From assembly GCA_964514965.1 (NCBI GenBank), contig CAZETV010000001.1, positions 300,001 through 332,000 of the forward strand: 32,000 nt of DNA, in the 5' to 3' direction. Positions 9,742-18,962 of this stretch are shown piece after piece. Position numbers and translations under genes: made by a program. The stretch comes from Candidatus Hadarchaeota archaeon. Its GTDB lineage: Archaea > Hadarchaeota > Hadarchaeia > Hadarchaeales > Hadarchaeaceae. Below the pieces are notes generated by a model, which saw nothing but the letters and a program-made list of their open reading frames with translations, was not told where the DNA came from and ran no database searches. Numbering within the stretch: the stretch's first letter is position 1; each line of letters starts with the position of its first letter.

Positions 9742-11043
9742 ATGCAGATGGCTGAAGCAAGACATGGTACCAAGACGCCTGAGATGGAAGCTGTTGCGAA
9801 GGCCGAGGGCAGACCAGTAGAGTTCATCATGCGCGGGGTAGCAGCGGGCAAGTTGGTAATTCCTCGCAACCTCCGGCGCGAAAATGTCGGTGTTATAGGT
9901 ATTGGTGAAGGACTCAGCACGAAGATAAACGCGAACGTGGGGTCTTCTCCCGATTACGTGAATCTCGATGAGGAGGCGGAAAAAGCGAAAGTTGCGATAA
10001 AATACGGCGCGGATACTATAATGGACCTCAGCATCGGTGACGATATCGACAAAATCAGACAGCATATCCTCCGAGCAATAAACGCGCCAGTGGGAACGGT
10101 GCCGATTTATCAAGCTTGGACAAAGGCGGCCTCGCAGGGCGATGTTATGAACGTAAGTTCCGATGATATTTTTAACGCGATTCGAAGACAGGCCGAAGAT
10201 GGCGTGGATTTCGTGACCGTACACTGCGGCATTACCCGCGTGGCTATCGAGGCTCTAAGACGGAGCGGACGCCTAATTGATGTGGTGAGCCGCGGCGGTT
10301 CTTTCCTCGCGGCGTGGATAATCCATAACGAGCAAGAAAATCCGTTATATGCGGAGTTCGATTACCTGCTTGAGCTGGCTCGGGAGTTTGATCTGACGCT
10401 GAGTTTGGGCGATGGAATGCGTCCCGGTTGCTTGGCCGATGCTTCCGATGTGGTCCAGTTTCAAGAGCTGCTCACGCTCGGGGAGCTGGTAAAGCGAGCT
10501 TGGGCAAGAGACGTGCAGGTGATAGTCGAGGGTCCGGGGCATCTACCACTCGATCACATTGAAGCAAACGTCAGACTTGAGAAAGTAATATGCAAAGGGG
10601 CGCCCTTCTACGTGTTGGGCCCGGTGGTGACTGATATCGCCCCTGGTTATGACCATTGGGTTGGTGCCATCGGAGGGGCCTTAGCCGCGTGGGCTGGGGC
10701 TGATTTTCTCTGCTACCTCACCCCCGCCGAACACCTCTGCCTGCCAAGCGTTGAGGATGTTAAAGAGGGTGTGATAGCCACAAAGATTGCCGCTCATGTA
10801 GCTGATTTGGCAAAGGGTATCGAAGAAAAGCGTGACTACGAAATGGCGAAAGCGCGCAGAAAATTCGATTGGGCGAAGCAATTCGAACTCGCGATTAATT
10901 CTGAGAAACCCCAAGAGCTCAGACGCCGGAGGCCACCTGCCATTGACCCAAAAGTTTGCAGCATGTGTTCCAAGTTTTGTGCGATAAAGATGATAACCGC
11001 TTATTTAAAGGATAAAACTGGGAATATAACCGAGAAAACGTGA
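9742..11043 (+). CDS. thiC: Phosphomethylpyrimidine synthase (ThiC family)
   Basis: FIMRGVAAGKLVIPRN, GIGEGLSTKINANVGSS, GADTIMDLS, EGPGHLPLDHI, PCYVLGPVVTDIAPGYDH-like APFYVLGPVVTDIAPGYDH, C-terminal CSMCSKFCAIK. Confidence 0.95.
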   Translation: MQMAEARHGTKTPEMEAVAKAEGRPVEFIMRGVAAGKLVIPRNLRRENVGVIGIGEGLSTKINANVGSSPDYVNLDEEAEKAKVAIKYGADTIMDLSIGDDIDKIRQHILRAINAPVGTVPIYQAWTKAASQGDVMNVSSDDIFNAIRRQAEDGVDFVTVHCGITRVAIEALRRSGRLIDVVSRGGSFLAAWIIHNEQENPLYAEFDYLLELAREFDLTLSLGDGMRPGCLADASDVVQFQELLTLGELVKRAWARDVQVIVEGPGHLPLDHIEANVRLEKVICKGAPFYVLGPVVTDIAPGYDHWVGAIGGALAAWAGADFLCYLTPAEHLCLPSVEDVKEGVIATKIAAHVADLAKGIEEKRDYEMAKARRKFDWAKQFELAINSEKPQELRRRRPPAIDPKVCSMCSKFCAIKMITAYLKDKTGNITEKT

Positions 11044-11053
11044 GGCCGCTAAA

Positions 11054-12115
11054 ATGAAACTTTTCACTGTTGGTCCTGTTGCCTGCCCACCCGAAGTTCT
11101 TGCGGAGATGAAGCGCCAAATGTTCAGCCATCGGAGCAAAGAATACAAAGAAGCACATCGGCAAACTGTCGAGCGGCTCCAACGATTCCTCGAAACCAAA
11201 AACCAAGTCTTCCTATTCCCCAGTTCTGGGTCGGGAGTTATGGAAGCCACGGTCCGGAACTGCGTCGAGCAGAAGATGTTGTGCTGCGTCAACGGGGCGT
11301 TTGGAAAAAGGTACGCTGAGGTCGGAAAATCAAACGAAAAGGAGGTCGAACGAATTGATACTATGCTGGGTAAACCGACCACGCCTGAACTCCTAGATGA
11401 AAAGCTTTCGAGCGTGGATGTCGAGGCAGTCACCATAACCTACAATGAAACAAGCGTCGGCCTGCTGAATCCACTTCCCGAACTGGCCAAAATCGTGAAG
11501 AAGCACGGAAAGTTCCTGTTCGTCGACGCGGTGAGCGCGATGGGCGGAGCCGAGCTGAAGGTCGACGAGTGGGGGATAGACGTGTGCTTCACGAGTTCTC
11601 AGAAGTGTTTTGGGATCCCCCCGGGACTAGCCGTCGCAAGCGTGAGCGATAGCGCTCTAAAGCAGTCAGAGCAAGCTAAGAATAAAGGATGGTATTTCGA
11701 TTTCAAGCTCTACGAAAAGTATCAGAAGGAGCAGAGCAGCACACACATGACACCTCCGATCCCACAAATCATCGCGCTCAACAAAGAGTTGGAAGTGATT
11801 GAAATCGAGGGCGGAAAGCAAAAACGTTTCGACCTTTATTCTAAGCGAAGCCAAAGAATAAAAGAGGGTGTCGAAGACTTGGGTCTGTCACTCTTCCCGG
11901 AGAAAGGGTATGAGAGCCCAACGGTCACATGTGTAAATGCTCCGCAAAGCATCAGCGGCCTTGACGTGTACGAACGAATGCGCGAGCGCGGGTTCGAGTT
12001 GGCAAAAGGATATGGTGAGCTGAAGGAGCGAACCTTCAGAATAGGGAACATGGGATACATACCCTTTTATTATGTGGGTGAAATGCTTCAGGCTCTTGCT
12101 GAGATAGTGCAGTAA
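11054..12115 (+). CDS. Class V aminotransferase, alanine-glyoxylate / serine-pyruvate family
   Basis: LFTVGPVACPPEVL, LFPSSGSGVMEA, FVDAVSAMGGAELKVDEWGIDVCFTSSQKCFGIPPGLA. Confidence 0.88.
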   Translation: MKLFTVGPVACPPEVLAEMKRQMFSHRSKEYKEAHRQTVERLQRFLETKNQVFLFPSSGSGVMEATVRNCVEQKMLCCVNGAFGKRYAEVGKSNEKEVERIDTMLGKPTTPELLDEKLSSVDVEAVTITYNETSVGLLNPLPELAKIVKKHGKFLFVDAVSAMGGAELKVDEWGIDVCFTSSQKCFGIPPGLAVASVSDSALKQSEQAKNKGWYFDFKLYEKYQKEQSSTHMTPPIPQIIALNKELEVIEIEGGKQKRFDLYSKRSQRIKEGVEDLGLSLFPEKGYESPTVTCVNAPQSISGLDVYERMRERGFELAKGYGELKERTFRIGNMGYIPFYYVGEMLQALAEIVQ

Positions 12116-12211
12116 TGGAACCCCCAACGTGACGGGCGACTTATTTCTGAAAAATTTTAGCGGGATGACACTATCGTTATAAAGCAGTGAAGAAATCGTG
12201 TTGTGAGACAG

Positions 12212-13138
12212 ATGGCGTTAACTCCTACGAAGTTCATATGGATGGACAGAAAGCTCGTCCCTTGGGAAAAAGCAAACGTGCACGTGCTCACTCACACCCT
12301 ACACTACGGGATGGGTGTCTTCGAAGGCATCCGCTGCTACAAAACTGCAAAAGGTCCAGCAGTCTTCAGGCTCAAGGATCACATAAAAAGATTAGAGAAT
12401 TCGGCAAAATTCGTTGGGATTAACCTTCCGTACTCAATCGAGGAGCTGATAAAAGGAGTCAAGGAAACAATAAAAACAAATGAAATTGAGGAGTGCTACA
12501 TTCGTCCCATCGCTTTTTATGGCTACGGCATAATGGGGTTGAATCCCGAGGGCTCTAAGGTGAACGTGGCGATCGCAGTCTGGCCCTGGGGCACTTATCT
12601 TGGAGAGGAAGGACTCGAGAAAGGGATTCGAGTGAAAATATCTCCGTGGCTACGAATTCATCCACGCATTCTGCCGCCCCAAGCTAAGGTAGTAGCAAAT
12701 TATGCGAATTCTGTATTAGCGAAGGTTGACGCTCTGCAGTCGGGCTATAATGAAGCAATCCTCCTGAACATTGACGGCAACGTGGCGGAGGGCCCAGGGG
12801 AAAATGTGTTCATAGTAAAGGACGGTAAGCTCATAAGCCCTCCAGCCTCTTCTGGAGTACTCATTGGGATAATTCGAGACTCGATAATAAAAATCGCAAG
12901 CGATGAGGGAATAAGCTTCGAGGAACATGACTTCAAGCCAAATGAGCTCTATGCGGCGGATGAGGCTTTCTTTACAGGCACCGCCGCCGAGGTGACACCG
13001 ATCCGTGAGGTGGACGGAAAACCCATAGGGAGCGGGAATCGCGGGCCGATCACAGAGAAGCTTCAACGCATATTCTTCAACACTGTCCATGGAAAGGAGC
13101 TTAAGTACGAATCTTGGCTGGACTACGTTGGTAAGTGA
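12212..13138 (+). CDS. ilvE: Branched-chain amino acid aminotransferase
   Basis: WMDRKLVPWEKANVHVLTHTLHYGMGVFEGIRCY, SGYNEAILLNIDGNVAEGPGENVF, ADEAFFTGTAAEVTPIREVD. Confidence 0.95.
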   Translation: MALTPTKFIWMDRKLVPWEKANVHVLTHTLHYGMGVFEGIRCYKTAKGPAVFRLKDHIKRLENSAKFVGINLPYSIEELIKGVKETIKTNEIEECYIRPIAFYGYGIMGLNPEGSKVNVAIAVWPWGTYLGEEGLEKGIRVKISPWLRIHPRILPPQAKVVANYANSVLAKVDALQSGYNEAILLNIDGNVAEGPGENVFIVKDGKLISPPASSGVLIGIIRDSIIKIASDEGISFEEHDFKPNELYAADEAFFTGTAAEVTPIREVDGKPIGSGNRGPITEKLQRIFFNTVHGKELKYESWLDYVGK

Positions 13139-13211
13139 ACTAATTTCACGTAAAAATTTAGGTATTTATTTAAATGCATGTGGTATCACAGCAATCGGAG
13201 ATGCTAAGCGC

Positions 13212-14021
13212 GTGCGTGTAGAACTCCTAACTCCTGCTATCGAGGACTCGTTCCTCACGTTCATCAAACAAGATTGTATTAGCAATTTCTTTGCCCTCCT
13301 AGATTTGAAGTTATACAGAAAAGAAACCAAATTTTGGGTTGCGCTAGATGATGCAGAAATCTCGGGTTATATGCTTGAACACAATGGAAAAGATCTAAAT
13401 CTTCGAGGCGATGCAAAAAGCGTAGCCGAACTTTTGAATAGGACCAGCTTGACCGAACCGCTCACCAATATAGAGCCTCGACACTTCCCAATCATAAAAA
13501 CGTTTTATGAACCCATGAGGCGTCTGGGCCCTCCGACCGAAGAGAAAATTGCTACTTTATTGGTCATGGGGATGGATAAAAATAAGTTCGAGCCCACAAT
13601 CGCGCAAAATCCAAAAGAACTGGGAGCGAACGAGCTGAAGGCAGTTGGTAACCTGTACAGACGTTTTTATGAAGAAGCTGAGATGGGCTCCATTACCCGC
13701 GAGAATATCCTGAAAGCGTTCAGGGGACGCCTCGTCTACGGAACTTATGAGGGAGGTGAGTTAGTTTCCTTCGCCAGCGGCGTTACTGTAGAAGACCTGT
13801 CCTATGTTGACCACGTTTACACCCTCCCAAAATTCAGGGGCGAGAGTCACGCCACTTCGACGTGTTCTGCTCTGGTTAATGCGCTCTTTAAACGCAGCGA
13901 AAAAATGATAATTATGGTTTTAGCTGACAACAATACTGCCCGAAAGATATATGGGAAAATTGGATTTACCGAAACTGGGCATGAGTTCCTAGTTTTTAAG
14001 GGCCGTAAAATCAGTGGATGA
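13212..14021 (+). CDS. GNAT-family N-acetyltransferase with an extra N-terminal domain
   Basis: C-terminal VEDLSYVDHVYTLPKFRGESHATSTCSALVNALF...NTARKIYGKIGFTETGHEFLVFKG. GTG at 13212 is a more plausible start than 13089, because a TATA-like TTTATTTAAA lies at about 13165 and the longer ORF overlaps ilvE. Confidence 0.72.
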   Translation: MRVELLTPAIEDSFLTFIKQDCISNFFALLDLKLYRKETKFWVALDDAEISGYMLEHNGKDLNLRGDAKSVAELLNRTSLTEPLTNIEPRHFPIIKTFYEPMRRLGPPTEEKIATLLVMGMDKNKFEPTIAQNPKELGANELKAVGNLYRRFYEEAEMGSITRENILKAFRGRLVYGTYEGGELVSFASGVTVEDLSYVDHVYTLPKFRGESHATSTCSALVNALFKRSEKMIIMVLADNNTARKIYGKIGFTETGHEFLVFKGRKISG

Positions 14022-14108
14022 TAAGCATGAAATCGACGGAGGAAATTCTTGAGATGTCTTTTATAAGATATTAAAATAAGGTAGTGATGAAGACTGGAGG
14101 TAAAAAAC

Positions 14109-14831
14109 ATGCGCGAATCTATCGTCATTGATGGACTGAGCAAATATTACAACAATTTTCTAGCCTTGGACAATCTCTCGTTGAAAGTAAAAAAGAATGA
14201 GGATGTCGCACTGCTCGGTCCAAACGGCGCGGGTAAGACCACCACACTCAAGCTCCTTTGTGGACTCATCCGGCCATCTTCTGGCATGGCTTACATAAAT
14301 GGTATTAACGTCTTGAAAGAACGTGAGCGAGCAATCTCGAATGTGGGGGCTATTTTGGAAACTCCCGAGTTTTATCCATTCCTAACCCCAAACGAAACCC
14401 TTAGATATCTGGGGCGCCTCCGAGGAATGAATGGGCGTAAGCTGGAGGGTAGAATAAGAGAATTACTTAAGCTTGTCAGACTTGATCAATGGTCGAATAC
14501 CAAAATAGGAAAGTTCTCCCGAGGGATGAAACAGCGCCTAGCACTCACGCAAGCCATGCTTCATGACCCGCCGATTCTCATCCTTGACGAACCTTCGCTG
14601 GGTCTTGATCCCAGAGGGATGATGGAAATACGGGAAATTCTGAAAGAAACGCGAAAACAGAAAACCGTATTCTTCGCATCACACCTTCTCACCGAGGTCG
14701 CCCAAATTTGCAAGAAAGTGGCAATAATAGACCACGGAAAACTGTGCGCCTATGATGACATCGGCCGCTTGAAGAAAAAATATCGATCTTTCGAGCGAGC
14801 TTATCTCAAACTCACGGAGGCAGCTATTTGA
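14109..14831 (+). CDS. ABC transporter ATP-binding protein
   Basis: Walker A GPNGAGKTT, signature FSRGMKQR, Walker B ILILDEPSLGLDPRG. Confidence 0.95.
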   Translation: MRESIVIDGLSKYYNNFLALDNLSLKVKKNEDVALLGPNGAGKTTTLKLLCGLIRPSSGMAYINGINVLKERERAISNVGAILETPEFYPFLTPNETLRYLGRLRGMNGRKLEGRIRELLKLVRLDQWSNTKIGKFSRGMKQRLALTQAMLHDPPILILDEPSLGLDPRGMMEIREILKETRKQKTVFFASHLLTEVAQICKKVAIIDHGKLCAYDDIGRLKKKYRSFERAYLKLTEAAI

Positions 14832-15658
14832 GCGAATTCGAGAAGCTAAAAGTGGTCACGAGATACGAGCTGCTGAAACAGTTCCGAAGGAAACGGTTCT
14901 TCGGGGCATTGGCGATTACACTTCTCGCTATTTTTTTAACCATCGGGCTCTACCAAGGGCTGGACCTCCCAAAGCAGATGCACATCCCAGAACAGTTCTT
15001 AAATCAGTGGGGACCCGAACTCTTCGCGATGTTCGTGACATCGATGGGTTCGCTGGCCGTTCTTGGTGCAGTTTTCTTCGCGGGAGACGCCATCGCTTCC
15101 GAGTTTGAGAGCAAAACGGGTTATATTCTGTTCCCAAACCCCGTGAAGCGAACCACCATAGTAGTCGGAAAATACCTCGCCTGTTTCATCGCCACAGCCA
15201 CAATAATAATCACTGCGTATATAATCTCGACCGGCGCTCTGCTTGTGTTCTACGGGCAGGTGCCAATAGGGATAATCGGTTCGTTAACTCTCACGCTGAT
15301 GCTGGCAGGCGCAATAATAAGCATAGCATTCGCTTTCAGTTCCATACTGAAAGGGGGCATGGGGGCGACGATAGCCACGCTCCTGGCCTTCATGGTAGTT
15401 TTCACAATCATTTCAAGTAGTCTATCTTACGCTGGCTATGACCCTTGGTTCATGCCCGATCGAGCGGGGGATGCAATCACCGCCACCTACGGGTTACCAC
15501 TTGAGCAGTTGGTTGGAGGATTTGGGTTTGGCGGACCGATGATGGGAATGATAAGAGCTAGCCAAGACCCCACCCTAAGTTTCTTTGTGTTGTTGGCATA
15601 CGCATTTGTTCTGTTCGGGATAAGCCTCGTGGTGACAAATCGTAAGGAAATGATCTGA
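14828..15658 (+). CDS. ABC-2 type transporter permease
   Basis: Six hydrophobic segments; start overlaps the ATPase stop. Confidence 0.88.
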   Translation: MSEFEKLKVVTRYELLKQFRRKRFFGALAITLLAIFLTIGLYQGLDLPKQMHIPEQFLNQWGPELFAMFVTSMGSLAVLGAVFFAGDAIASEFESKTGYILFPNPVKRTTIVVGKYLACFIATATIIITAYIISTGALLVFYGQVPIGIIGSLTLTLMLAGAIISIAFAFSSILKGGMGATIATLLAFMVVFTIISSSLSYAGYDPWFMPDRAGDAITATYGLPLEQLVGGFGFGGPMMGMIRASQDPTLSFFVLLAYAFVLFGISLVVTNRKEMI

Positions 15659-15693
15659 GCCACAAAACCTTTTGGTCTGACGTTAAACTGTTT

Positions 15694-16539
15694 TTGGTCA
15701 TTATGCCAAGAAATCTGCGCGAGGCTTTGAAAGGGCAAATAGCAGACGAGGAACTCAAACTGATCAGGGCCTTTGATATAGTGGGAGATATCGCGGTAGT
15801 CAAGATTCCAGAAAAACTACTTCCAAAAAAACAGATAATCGGTCAAGCGCTGATAAAAGTTCACCACCACGTGCGGGCAGTTCTCAACCAGACAACCCCT
15901 GTGCGAGGAGAGTTTCGAACACGAGAACTCGAAGTGATAGCTGGTGAGCCCCGAACCGAGACAACGCATCGAGAGGGCGGTTGCAGCTTCAAGGTCGACC
16001 TCGCGAAAGTTTACTTCTCGCCTAGGCTAGCCACCGAGCGCCTTCGCGTGACCAAGCAGACCAAACAGGGTGAGGTTGTGACAAATTTGTTTGCTGGGGT
16101 CGGGTGTTACTCCGTACTCATTGCCAAGCATAGTGAGGTAAGTAAGATTTATTCGATTGATAAGAATCCGGAGGCCGTCAATTACATGCGCGAGAACATC
16201 CGTGTCAACAAGGTCGGTGGGCGAGTCGTGCCAATTTTTGGCGATGCCCGCGATGTAGTCGAAACTCGTCTGATGGGAAAAGCAGACCGAGTACTCATGC
16301 CCCTGCCTGAGCTAGCCCGCGGGTTCTTCGACGTCGCATTGCTCGCGCTGAAGCCTGAGGGGGGCGTGGTGCACTTTTACGATTTCGGAAAGGAGTCTGA
16401 TCTTTTTGGTCCCTCGCTCGAGTTTGTTCGCACTGCAGCAGCAGCCAAAGGGAAAAAGGTTGAGTTGCTTGAGAGCAGGGCGATTCGCTCTTATGCCACT
16501 AAAGTTTATCACATCGTGCTCGACTTAAAAATAAATTAA
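15694..16539 (+). CDS. Class I SAM methyltransferase of the Trm5/Taw2 family (tRNA G37 modification)
   Basis: FDIVGDIAVVKIP, KVYFSPRLATERLRV, VTNLFAGVGCYSVLIAKH, IYSIDKNPEAVNYMRENIRVNKV, ADRVLMPLPELA. Confidence 0.88.
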   Translation: MVIMPRNLREALKGQIADEELKLIRAFDIVGDIAVVKIPEKLLPKKQIIGQALIKVHHHVRAVLNQTTPVRGEFRTRELEVIAGEPRTETTHREGGCSFKVDLAKVYFSPRLATERLRVTKQTKQGEVVTNLFAGVGCYSVLIAKHSEVSKIYSIDKNPEAVNYMRENIRVNKVGGRVVPIFGDARDVVETRLMGKADRVLMPLPELARGFFDVALLALKPEGGVVHFYDFGKESDLFGPSLEFVRTAAAAKGKKVELLESRAIRSYATKVYHIVLDLKIN

Positions 16540-16540
16540 C

Positions 16541-16897
16541 TCAGACTCTGCGCACGCTTATTTTATCTCCCGTTCGTGCGGCCCTAAATTTTTCAACGCC
16601 GCTCTTTATCCGAGCAAAAGTGTTCACAGGACTGATCGGCTGCGAGCGACCGAAGAATATGCAGAATCCTGGACCTTCAGGCCAATAAGAAACATCACCC
16701 GTTTGAGTTCTGGACTTTGGATTTTCCGGTTCAATTTTTACCGGAATGCCGAAGTAACCCTCTTCCTTCCAGATTTCCACTTCCGCATCGAACGGTAAAG
16801 CTTTCCAAATCGCGTCGCAGGTATTGGGGCAGAGCTTTTCGAGAAGCTCAGCCTCGACTTCGAAGTCACGGCAGACGATGACCAGCTTCCTCACCAC
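16541..16897 (-). CDS. Cyclophilin-like-fold small protein (TM1367-like), function unknown
   Basis: LLEKLCPNTCDAIWKALPFDAEVEIWKEEGYFGIPVKI...GDVSYWPEGPGFCIFFGRSQPISPVN. Confidence 0.65.
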   Translation of the reverse strand: MVRKLVIVCRDFEVEAELLEKLCPNTCDAIWKALPFDAEVEIWKEEGYFGIPVKIEPENPKSRTQTGDVSYWPEGPGFCIFFGRSQPISPVNTFARIKSGVEKFRAARTGDKISVRRV

Positions 16898-17088
16898 GAT
16901 ATCACCTCAAGTATCGCTTGAAATTGTTACTGAATAGTTTTTAAATTTAATCGTTGAGTATTTTTTTATTTTTTGATTCGAGGCGAATTTTCCCTCTTAT
17001 AAACAACCCCCACCCAAAACCTCGGCGGGAGAACTGCGCAGAAACAAAAAAGAGAAAAGATAACATACCAGTCCGACGGTCACTTGCG

Positions 17089-17131
17089 CGGCTAAAAGCC
17101 GAAAATTCGGGTTCGACTCTCGGCACACCCA
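17089..17131 (+). other. Orphan tRNA T-arm/acceptor-like fragment
   Basis: TCGGG-TTCGACT-CTCGG (17107-17123) forms a GTTCRANYC-type T-arm, followed by CACACCC-A (17124-17131). No matching 5' GGGTGTG seen upstream. Preceded by hairpin CGGC-TAAAA-GCCG. Confidence 0.3.
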
Positions 17132-17152
17132 AGAAAAAGTGAGGTGAAAAAG

Positions 17153-17902
17153 ATGAACGTTAGGGAGTTTGGCGCCGTATGCGACGTGAGTACGCTGGTC
17201 GACCGCACGAGTTTTGAGCGGGCGCAGCAGTTGCTGGACGGTGGCAATCTTTATCTGTCGTCTGCGACTTACAGCTGGCTAGCGCGCGACAAGCTAATTG
17301 CCGTCCGAGGCAACGCGCTTGGCTACAGCTTGGTGAGCCAGTTTGTGCGCGACCGAAAGCTGCTCGTCGTTTACCTGCCGGAACTGCTCGATGAGATATC
17401 ACGCCGCCTGCTTTTTGAGGTGCAGCGAGAAGTACCGCTCACCGACCTGCGAGCTCTGATGCTTGCGGCGCACCTTCGGTTGCCCCTGTTGACGTTCGAT
17501 GAAGGAGTCGTCGAGCGCCTTCGGGAATACGTAGGGGGGCGAGCACTTTGGCAGCTGGATGCGCATTCCGACTGGCTAGCACTCCGTGAGGCGCTGGAGC
17601 TCTACCGCGAGCTGGCGGGCGACGTGGGTAACTATCTTTACAAAAATCTGAACGACGGGCACTCGTTCGAGAATTTGGTCGATGAACTCCGGAGCTGGCG
17701 CGGCGATAGCCTGCGGACGGCGACAACAGCGGTGCGGAAGCTGAGCCAAGCGCGAACGAATCCGGGGGAGTTGAATTTCAGGTACATTACATGGGACTTG
17801 ACACCAATCCTGCGCGAGTACCTCAAGCAACATGTATTGCAGCCTGAGGTTGTACGTGAACTCTGCGAGCGGGCCCTGCTGCTAGTCGCGAATCCAAAAT
17901 AG
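17153..17902 (+). CDS. PIN-like domain protein (putative nuclease), C-terminal extension unknown
   Basis: N-terminal VCDVSTLVDRTSF, central DLRALMLAAHLRLPLLTFDEGVVERL typical of the PIN C-terminal half; SD-like GAGGTG 6 nt before ATG 17153. Confidence 0.55.
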   Translation: MNVREFGAVCDVSTLVDRTSFERAQQLLDGGNLYLSSATYSWLARDKLIAVRGNALGYSLVSQFVRDRKLLVVYLPELLDEISRRLLFEVQREVPLTDLRALMLAAHLRLPLLTFDEGVVERLREYVGGRALWQLDAHSDWLALREALELYRELAGDVGNYLYKNLNDGHSFENLVDELRSWRGDSLRTATTAVRKLSQARTNPGELNFRYITWDLTPILREYLKQHVLQPEVVRELCERALLLVANPK

Positions 17903-18188
17903 CAGACATGATGATAAAGCGCAAAACAGAAAATATACGTATTGACGTTTAGACTTTCTTACGACTTTTGAGAAGGCTGTGTCTCCCACTCAAATGCAAC
18001 TAATCACATTCCCCAAAATCTCCTCTAATCTACGATTATTACTATTACTAATATCGAGTTGCTCCCGACATGTTCAAGGCTTGGATATTACTTATAACTT
18101 CAACATGACCAAAAATGGAAAATATAAAACCGCACGATACATAAAGACGTAGGACTAGTAAAAGAGAATTAAGGAGGTGATGATAAAC

Positions 18189-18944
18189 ATGAAACTTCTT
18201 CAAATGAGTCAACTCTTTGCCCTACCCCTTCAGTCAGCTATTAAAGCGCAGAATCTTGCTCTACAGGAAACGATTTCCTCCATAGAACAGCTCGGGCTAG
18301 AGAACGGCGCGGCGAAAACTTTTCGCTTTAAAGCCGAAAGAATGATTGAGGAGAGAAAGGTTGATCCAAAAACGGGAATCCCTGAAACACAAATCAAGAG
18401 TCAACCTTTCGAAGTGAGTATTCCCCTACTTGCGATGGTTGCGCCTCCAAGTATGAACATACGCGAGATGAACGTTGAATTTGGAGTGGAGGTAGTGGAA
18501 CCAAAAACTGAACCTATTAAATCAGGTACTATCACGCCAGCGGTACTCGGTTCTTCGCTTTCTCCCTCGTTGTGTCTTTTTACGTCCCTTGGCCAATCGA
18601 ATCCGACTACAATGAAGGTTAACATGAAAATAGTTAGAGAAATTCCGGAAGGGATGGCACGGGTGGGGGATGTACTCACCGACCTTTTGAGTGGACGGCC
18701 TCCAGTGACCGATGAAAAACCAACACCCGAAATAAATCTTGATGTTGAGAAGATAGCGGGCATAGGCGCGGAAAGAGCGGCCCTTCTGAGAGGTAAGGGA
18801 ATATTTACTGTTAAGGGACTAGTCCAAGCTACAAAAACATTTGAGGGAACAAAAGATCTTGCTACGGCCATCGGCGTTTCTTCAAAGCAAATGAGAGAGT
18901 GGAGAGAGAAGGGAAAACTATTAGAAGGGGGAGAAAAATCTTAG
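18189..18944 (+). CDS. DUF2589-like protein with C-terminal helix-hairpin-helix / DUF4332-like domain
   Basis: N-term MSQLFALPLQSAIKAQNLALQETISSIEQLGL and SIPLLAMVAPPSMNIREMNVEFGVEV; C-term KIAGIGAERAALLRGKGIFTVKGLVQA. Strong SD GGAGGTGA. Confidence 0.6.
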   Translation: MKLLQMSQLFALPLQSAIKAQNLALQETISSIEQLGLENGAAKTFRFKAERMIEERKVDPKTGIPETQIKSQPFEVSIPLLAMVAPPSMNIREMNVEFGVEVVEPKTEPIKSGTITPAVLGSSLSPSLCLFTSLGQSNPTTMKVNMKIVREIPEGMARVGDVLTDLLSGRPPVTDEKPTPEINLDVEKIAGIGAERAALLRGKGIFTVKGLVQATKTFEGTKDLATAIGVSSKQMREWREKGKLLEGGEKS

Positions 18945-18962
18945 GGCAGGAGGTGAAATAAA

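Noticed and set aside
9679-10224. 181-aa minus ORF and neighbouring antisense ORFs
   Set aside because: Antisense to thiC, no recognisable motifs; opposite strand is clearly coding.
17078-17131. Complete class II tRNA or selenocysteine tRNA
   Set aside because: T-arm is good, but no 5' acceptor GGGTGTG, no D-arm, no acceptable 7-nt anticodon loop and too long a gap between the variable-like hairpin and T-stem.
16947-17132. 61-aa minus ORF MGVPRVEPEFSAFSRAS...
   Set aside because: It is the reverse complement of the tRNA T-arm-like segment (GTGCCGAGAGTCGAACCCGA) plus promoter-like AT-rich DNA; not supported as coding.
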